Positions 1 through 64,000 of a stretch of DNA of 64,000 nt are shown piece by piece. How positions within the stretch are numbered: position 1 is the first letter of the stretch; every line of letters begins with the position of its first letter. Below the pieces are notes generated by a model. That model had not been told where the DNA came from. It did not search any database and saw nothing but the letters and a program-made list of their open reading frames with translations. Location: positions 30,096,099 through 30,160,098 of the forward strand of contig CM119263.1 of NCBI GenBank assembly GCA_051294375.1. The letters run 5' to 3'. The stretch comes from Paraspadella gotoi (taxonomy: Eukaryota > Animalia > Chaetognatha). The translations under genes and the position numbers were made by a program.

Positions 1-235
1 ACCTAAGATATCCCCCTTCCCTTTAATCCTTTTTCTTTCCATTCCCTTCCTCTTCTCCCTCTCTCTCCCTCTCCTTCCCTCTCTCCCTCTCATCCCTTCT
101 CCCTCCCTCTCTATCTTCCTCTCCCTTCTCCTTACTCTCTCCCTCTCCCCTCCTCTCTTCCTCCCTCTCCTCCTCTCCTTTCCCCCCTCTCTCCCCTCTC
201 CCCCTCCCTCTCCTTCCTCCCCCGCCCTTTTAAAG

Positions 236-56862
<56,627 letters not shown>

Positions 56863-56865
56863 CAA

Positions 56866-56871
56866 AATAAA
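56866..56871 (+). promoter_or_regulatory. Candidate polyadenylation signal of mGluR
   Basis: AATAAA 3 nt after the stop codon. Confidence 0.4.
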
Positions 56872-58017
56872 TGATTGGAAATGATAAAGTAAAAAAGTTT
56901 TATTTAATAAATACGTAAAAGAGGGTTAAAAATTAAGATTAAGGTAAAAATTTGATTTAATAAATACGTAAAATAGGGTGTGAGTTAAAAATTAAACTTG
57001 TTCAAATAAACGTATAAACCAAAGATTTTCGATTTGTTTTGATCTTTTCTTCTTTTGATTTTAAAAATGTTGAATGATTTGCCCTGTTGACTATGTACAG
57101 GGTAATTTATCAAAAATTGACATTCATTACACACCCCCATTTCCCCATTTTCGATTGAGCTTTATTAGAATAGCTACTGCTCGATGAGCTTTAATAATCG
57201 TAGATTAAACTAACTACAATAGGATGTTTCAAAACTAACAAAGTTAAAATTTTACTTTTTTCACCCATCAACAAATGGAATTTTTGAACACATTAAATTA
57301 TAAGTTTGAGAAAAAACTTTATCTGTTGTCCTACTGGTTCCTTGTCGTTTGTTTTTCCTAAAAACTGTTTAGAATTTTTATATTTTATATCCGACGTTAC
57401 AACTTCTTATTTAGTATTACTATTTTGAATAAATTATTTATTAAAATGTGTTAAATTGTTGAACGCAGCGATAACGTATTTGATGCATAGGATTTCCAAA
57501 TTAACTTAAAAACAATATTAAGCCAACAAGTTTTTTGTGAGTGCAGATTGCAGAATCTAATATAACTCTGTTTTAAAAATTATGTTCTATATTTAAGCAG
57601 TTTCAGCACGAAAAAAATCCATGCGTTTACAATTATTGTAATCCCTTCCCCAATCCGTATTATTTCTATGCTTTTGTTTGATCTGCCTCAAATAGTGTTT
57701 TAACATTGAATCCAAATATAAAACTTTCTTTCCCCTTTAATAACTTCGTTTTTTTCAATATTCAATTTATACAACATAACTTAAGCGAAAGAGAAAGAGA
57801 AAGTCAGCGAGAGAGAGTATCCTACGTTTCTGGCGGGCAATCACGAGAACCTTCTCGGCTTAGGAATAATTAAAATAAAATCAAGTACAATAAGACACTG
57901 TATTGAAAATATGTATATATATTTTACAATACCCAATGCAATCAACTGACTATATTCTATCATATAAATCAGGCAACGTCCTTTTCGTGAGCAGGCGAAT
58001 CCGCCTGTCTAATCCCA

Positions 58018-60914
58018 TCAGGCGAATCGTTGATCAACGCTCCACCGAATCGTGTGATGATGAGCGAGAAGATTTTTCGCCAACGCGGGATGGAATCGGT
58101 AGAAGAGGCGAGACTCTGGACGAAGGAAGGTTCGCATGGAGGATGCGAGGCAGCTGAGGAATGGGGGAGGGGGGAAAGAGGGGAGTGGGAGAAGAGGGGA
58201 GGGGGGAAAGAGGGGAGTGAGAGAGAACAAATGTAGAATATGAGGGAGGAGATGTGGAAAAAGATTAACACTTTGCAGCGACTGATGTACAAAAACAGAG
58301 ATAGACGAACAAAAACAGACAGATATCATATAAACAATAAACATAAAATAGACATATCTTGATAACCAGAAATACGTACATTCAGATCCGCAAATAAACA
58401 GACACTTAGACAGACTAGCAGATAGAAAGACTTACTAGCAAAAAGACCAACAGCCTCACAAAGGGACAGATTCAAAAGCATAAAGATAAACAAACCGACA
58501 AAAGAGACATGACAGACAAAGGGAGAGACAGGCTCGACTCACGATCCGCGACGAGAAACGAAGAAGTCGACACGAAGCAAATCAGTTTCGTCGGCGAGAG
58601 TTTCTGCCCAATCGACCATCTGACCCCAATGACCCTGCAATCGGGAGAGGGGGAACAAAAGAGCGATGTCATTAAGAAACGTTGACCCGCCATGCTGATC
58701 GTAACTTACCCACGAATTCCCTTTTTTTTAACCGCTCACGATTACTATATGCTTATTTGTTTCCCTAATAGCCTAGGCTTTATTGCCATGCCATGCCATG
58801 TCTTCACCTCGTCCAAAATCCAATCTTCCTCGGAATGAATCCCGTGTTTTTTCCATCCGCCAGAAAAATTCGGCGATTGAGGACATTTCCTTACCTGTGA
58901 GGAAAAGTGAGTTATGGTAAGTGTTAAGCAATAAGATTCGATCTCGAGTCGATGAATTAGAATTCAACTTACCTGCTTTAGTATCAACCTCAAAAAGTAC
59001 TGCCCTCGATATATCATAATTGGTCTAGCGCCAAACTACGTGCTACATATTGGCACATAACCAACTTCAATTGGCGCCAAGCCAGCCGACCACTAATGGC
59101 GTTGCGCCGACCTACGTACTATGATCCCACCTTGGCGCTACGCCAAACAAACGGCTATTGGGCGTTGCGTCATCTAAAAACGTTAGACGGGACCCACCAT
59201 GGTCCAAGCGCTGCTGGTGGCGCCGATGAGCGCCTTGCCTCCGACGACGAGAATTCCAACTTTTGCATCGTGACGAATCAAATCTTCGGCCACGACGCCG
59301 GGGATGGATTCGCGGAGAGCGCGCGAGGCCGAGGGGCCTAGGGTGATTAAGGGGAGGGAGGGTGATTTTGAAACAGGGAGATTAAGGGGAGGGTGGGTGA
59401 TTAAGAAACGGGGTTGAGTTAATGTCCGAAAAAAATAGTTGTTTTATGGATGAAAATTGTTGTCGGCTCGTGGACAAAGTTTGCAAGGGAACTTTTTCTA
59501 CCAAGAAGACAATAAAAGTTAGATTTACTTCGTTTTTAGTGCTAAGAATAGAACAATATTCGAAAAACCTCTGGTATCTGTTTTTTATAGATTTAGAATA
59601 TCCATAACAAAATAGATTTAGATTAAAGTTTCCTACAATACAATAGTTTTAGATTCAGATTAGACCATCCCTTCCCTCCCCTTCTTTACGATCTCTCTCC
59701 TTTACCCATCCACACCAACCGGCGTTCCTTTCCATCGCCTCGTCCAGATCCTTCACCACATCGTCCACATCCAAACGGCGTCGTCGACCGCGCCGTTTTT
59801 CCATCCGGCGTCGCGTCTCTTCGCTTCGTGTCGACCGAGGGATCGAGACTCCGGCGCCGGAAACAAGAAAAACGCCGTCGCCCGAGTGAAGGTGTGAGGG
59901 TTTCACGATCACTGGACGGCGCTGTTAAAATATGGAAGAGGGGGGGTCGATTGGAGAGGGGGTTAGTGAAGTTTGGTTCACTAAAAAAGGTGATGAGTGT
60001 CACGGCATGCAAAATAGGAAACCAGGTGCTCTGGGAGTGAATAAAATAGACTGCGTGTATCTTGAATGAAAACTTGCGTGATCCTACTATGTTATAATTT
60101 TGTAAGAGGCCTTATTAACCCCTATAGCCTGTATTAAGTCAAGAGTTTAGATAGCTTATTTATTGAATGAATGGATAAATTGGCTAATATGGTAAGTTCG
60201 ACCATGTTAAACTACTCAGTACTACAACAAACTATGGAATTATACAAATTAACAAATTATATATTGTCTAGGATGTTCGAGTAGAATACCAATCAACGCT
60301 CACCTCCGCAGCCTCTTCGATGGCGAACTTGAGCGCCGACGAATTCCATGGTTGATAAAAATGGAATCGCGATGGAATGAATGGAATTCCTTTCTCTCTC
60401 ATTTTGATTTTTCCCGCGATTTTGTCTTCCCAGTTGGTCAAATCCGTCCTTCAGAAATTGGTAGATGAATGAATGAATGGATGAATGAATAAATAAATGA
60501 AGGAATGAATGAATAAAAAAGTTAATAAATATAATAAAATTACTGAATGAATTTAAATAAACAAGACACGCAGCTATTAAACGAGAATAACAAAATTATT
60601 AAAAAATTAAAAAGAGATAATGAATAGATCCAAATGAAAAAGTTTTAAAGAGAAATCTTTTCTGAAAAGTAAACTATTGGCCAGTCTGATGCCTTCATTC
60701 CAAATATAACCACCAGCCAATGGAGCATGACCCAGTTTTACACTTATGACCTCATTTCACACATTCTCGTTCGATCCTAACATTTTATTTTTTACCAGTG
60801 ATAATCTTCGTTGCAGGCGATTCTCATCTTCATCATTGTCTCCCAGTTTTGGTCAGACTTCAAATATTTTCCCAAAGAAGAAAAAATTTTCGCCTTCGAT
60901 GTCAGCGTCGTCAT
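58018..60914 (-). CDS. Putative ATP-grasp fold ligase resembling the TupA-like family, 7 exons, ~306 aa
   Basis: Exons 60914-60796, 60448-60304, 59921-59720, 59337-59198, 58894-58808, 58634-58543, 58153-58018 join in frame (921 nt). Ordered motifs EDKIAGKIKMREKGIP, PVIVKPSHLHSGDGVFLV, PGVVAEDLI, ILVVGGK, QMVDWAETLADETDLLRVDFF. Start codon and last-exon frame less certain. Confidence 0.72.
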
Positions 60915-61008
60915 TTTTTTTTCTTTTTTTTTTTTTGTTCCAGATTTTGGAAAAAAAAGTTTTTGTGAAAAATCGATATTAAGGGCAAGTGATACTCGGT
61001 GCAAAGGG

Positions 61009-61052
<44 letters not shown>

Positions 61053-61784
61053 TACTCCCTCTTTCTCTTTCTCTTCCTCTGCTTCTCTCTCTTTCACTCT
61101 TTCTCTTTCTCGGCTCTGTCTATCTTTCTCTCTATCCCTTTATTTCTGTTTTATTTTCTCTCTCTCTTTCTCTCTTCTCTCTCTCTCTCTCTCTCTCTCT
61201 CCCTACTCCCCTCTTTCTCTTTTCTTCCTCTACTTCTCTCTCTTTAACTCTTTCTCTTTCTCGGTCTCTGTCTATCTTCTCCTCTATCCCTTTATTTTCT
61301 CTTTTATTTTCTTTCTCTCTCTCTTCTCTCATCTCTCTCTCTCTCTCTCTCTCGAACTCATTTTAAGTGTGAACCAGTAAAAACTGGATTAAGCGGGTCA
61401 AGTGGAAACGCGACGACAAGAAAATTATTCTGGAGATTGAATTAACATTTTAAAAAAGATTAAAGATTCAGGTTAAAATAAAATACCGAATGCGATAATT
61501 ACATACGTAGTTAATACAAGATGCTTTTAGCCTAAACTATACTATTATCGAAATATTTTTTTTATTTCTGCAGAATGGTTTAATGCGTCTAAAGAAAAAG
61601 TTAAACCTTGTGAAATTTGGTTTTCTATACTTGAGAAAAAAAGTTACCACGAATTTGAAATTATATTAAATTTAATTGCACAGTTTCACAAGTCAAGAAA
61701 TTCATTAAAAACATATCTTTAAGGTATGCTAACAGTAGGCAACCCTGAACAATAATTAAAATGTAAAAATAAACAAAAGTGAAA

Positions 61785-63947
61785 TCAATTGAGGGCGTCG
61801 AGCATCCAATTCCCGCCAGAGGCGTCGGCGTGCGCCATCTTGAGTTGATGCCACGCCTTCCGATGCGTGTGCAGCGCCATCTCGGCGATCTCCACTTTTC
61901 TCTCCCAACTGCGAACCACTTTCGTCATTTCCTGACAAAATTAGTTATAACTATAATTTTTATTATAAATATATGTCACGTATTTATGTGACCTTCATTA
62001 AAAAAAGTTCTCTCGACCTTTTTAAGGTGAAAAAATATCGGGAGTCATTCGGATCTTCATTAAATTTTAATATATTCTTTTACACGAATAAGTCTTTTTA
62101 AAAATAGGGTTAAAAAAGGTAAAAAAGTCGCTTAATAGATAAGTCCCTTAATAGATATATGTCTTTCGGAAGATAAGTCTTTTAGAAAGTAAGTCAGTTA
62201 AAAATTAAAAAAACCGTTGGTTGAAAAATATTTTTATAGATAAGTCTATTTATAGATCTTTCAATAAATAAGTCATTCGAATAGATAAGACTTTTATAAG
62301 AGAAGTCTATCTAAAGCTTCCCTAGTCGTCGCGAGTTTTTTCTGGTCTGACTTCACAACTTCGCAACCCGTATCGTCGCTCTATCTGTGATCGTGAATCA
62401 ATTTTTTTGAGGTACGAGCAACCCTTTTCACAAAATAACAAAGTCCTTTTCGAGTTTCAAATTTTTTATGCTATTACAAAAAAAACTTTACACTGATGAC
62501 TTATAAGATCACTATAAGCGACTATCAGCCTATCAGCGTCGTAAGGACGCATTGGGATATCGATTCATTTCAACTTAATATTTCCCTGTTCTAGCCCTGA
62601 TCGGAAAGGTCTTTGCAAAAGACAGACCACCTGGTTAAACCACCGATTGTAAGCCTACCGCCGGATTCAAAGTTCTGGAAAGCAAGGTGACTGACGGAAA
62701 ACAAATCTACTAGGGTCCACTTGGCACCACTAAATGTACTGGGCTATATCCAAACCGTGAGAGGGCTATAGCGACCCCTCCTTTCTTCTCTCGGTCACAT
62801 CGAATCACATTCACTTTATCACCAAACCTGCAATGCGGCCGTGTCTTTGATATAATCCAACACTTCCGGGACTCGATAATCAGCGATCTCTTTTCTCGCT
62901 ACTCGATTCATCTCTTCCGCCTTTTCTCTCTCGTCCTCCACGCCCACCAACTCGGCGTCGATCCTAGATTCTAATTCTTCGCGAGATTTGAATTCGCTGC
63001 TCAGTCGGTCGCTCTCTTTGGTCAGGACCGAGAGACGTTTCTTGTATTGATTAAGGACCTGAGAGGGTAAGGCGGGAAAAGGGTTTTTAAATCTTTAATT
63101 TTATATAATTTATTATCAATTCTTAATCCCACTCTAACCCCACGATCTATTTCAACGTCTCCCCTCGCCAACCTGCAACGTGTTGCCGGCCATGAGCTTC
63201 AGCCTCAACAACTCTTGATTCTTCTCGTCAATTTTCTCCAAATATTGTTGATTTTCGATCTTGAGTTGATTGAAGTCAACTTCGTGCAAAACTTCGCCCA
63301 TCTCCTCTTTCTGCTTTATCTGGAATCAAACGGAAAGATGTGATTGGCTATGGAATAAGCTTCGGATGACGTGATTGGCTGAAGAGTCGCCTTTTGACGG
63401 ATAAGATTGATAATTTACAGTCAAGGATTAGCTAAAATGGTAAAAGAAAATAGAAATAACCCATAACTGATCGAAGCAAAATACAAAATACATAATCAAA
63501 TGAAAGTTTTTTTTTTTTTTTGTTTGCACAGACAATTTTCAAAAGAAAACGTACGTGCATGTTTCGGCTAATATGTTAACAGAGTCAGAGGGGAATTATA
63601 CGAAATAGTAAGAATTAATCAACGACTTTGTCATTTTTATCCAAACTTCACCCGTGAGCAACTTTTCCTTCCATTGACTCTTTACTCAATTCCTTTCAAA
63701 GAATTTCTCTTTAGCCCACCTCCTCCTTCTATTCCCCATCCAGCCAGTCACCCTCCTTCCAGACCCCACCTGCATCTCCAACTTCTTCTTCATGACCCTC
63801 AACGTGGAATTCTTGAGCCTCAACTTCCCGACGAGAGTGTCCTTTCCCCGCAACTTGTCGTCCACGTGACGAAGGAGCCTCTCGGCCACGACGCGCTCCG
63901 TGCGTTTGTTGACGGCGCCGCGTACGATGTCGCGCTCGAACTCGTAT
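61785..63947 (-). CDS. CCDC113: Coiled-coil domain-containing protein 113 / CFAP263 (ciliary), last 4 exons; 5' part beyond window
   Basis: Exons 63947-63770, 63319-63173, 63058-62828, 61931-61785: KLRLKNSTL, KQKEEMGEVLHEVDFNQLKIENQQY, LKLMAGNTLQVLNQYK, YRVPEVLDY, WERKVEIAEMAL, matching remembered CCDC113 sequence. Confidence 0.93.
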
Positions 63948-64000
63948 CTGTGCGGGGACGAGGAGAGAGAGAGAGAGATAGATAGATAGAGAGAGAGAGA

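Noticed and set aside
58973-58988. 16-nt candidate microexon (minus) with a strong CAG/GTAAGT donor in the ATP-grasp gene
   Set aside because: Weak GAG acceptor, and inclusion shifts the conserved RVDFF exon out of frame; at most a poison exon
60914-61785. Operon-like or read-through link between CCDC113 and the ATP-grasp gene
   Set aside because: Same strand and ~870 bp apart, but nothing in the sequence supports co-transcription or trans-splicing

Overview
Intron-rich animal (invertebrate) genomic DNA: AT-rich introns full of microsatellites, GC-richer exons, ten N gaps, no prokaryotic features. Splicing by hand (GT-AG sites, phase continuity) gives five genes. (1) A group I metabotropic glutamate receptor (GRM1/5-like) on +, about 30 exons from 236 to 56862, 5' end outside the window, with an apparent 1-nt frameshift near 257 and an ~800-aa C-terminal tail ending VTTL. 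(2) A TMEM121/CECR6-family gene (-, 24156-15863) and (3) a complete 10-exon innexin (-, 35563-27471, ~505 aa), both nested antisense in one 24-kb receptor intron. (4) A 7-exon ~306-aa gene (-, 60914-58018) with ATP-grasp motifs resembling the mainly bacterial TupA-like ligases, a candidate intronised horizontal acquisition and the most novel item. (5) The 3' part of ciliary CCDC113/CFAP263 (-, 63947-61785). Non-coding features include HINE/Helentron-like elements, a CCA-tailed tRNA-Leu 3' fragment, minisatellites (one built from a splice acceptor), a ~310-bp palindrome and a 3.3-kb foldback that is probably an assembly artefact. Family calls come from remembered motifs; no searches were run.
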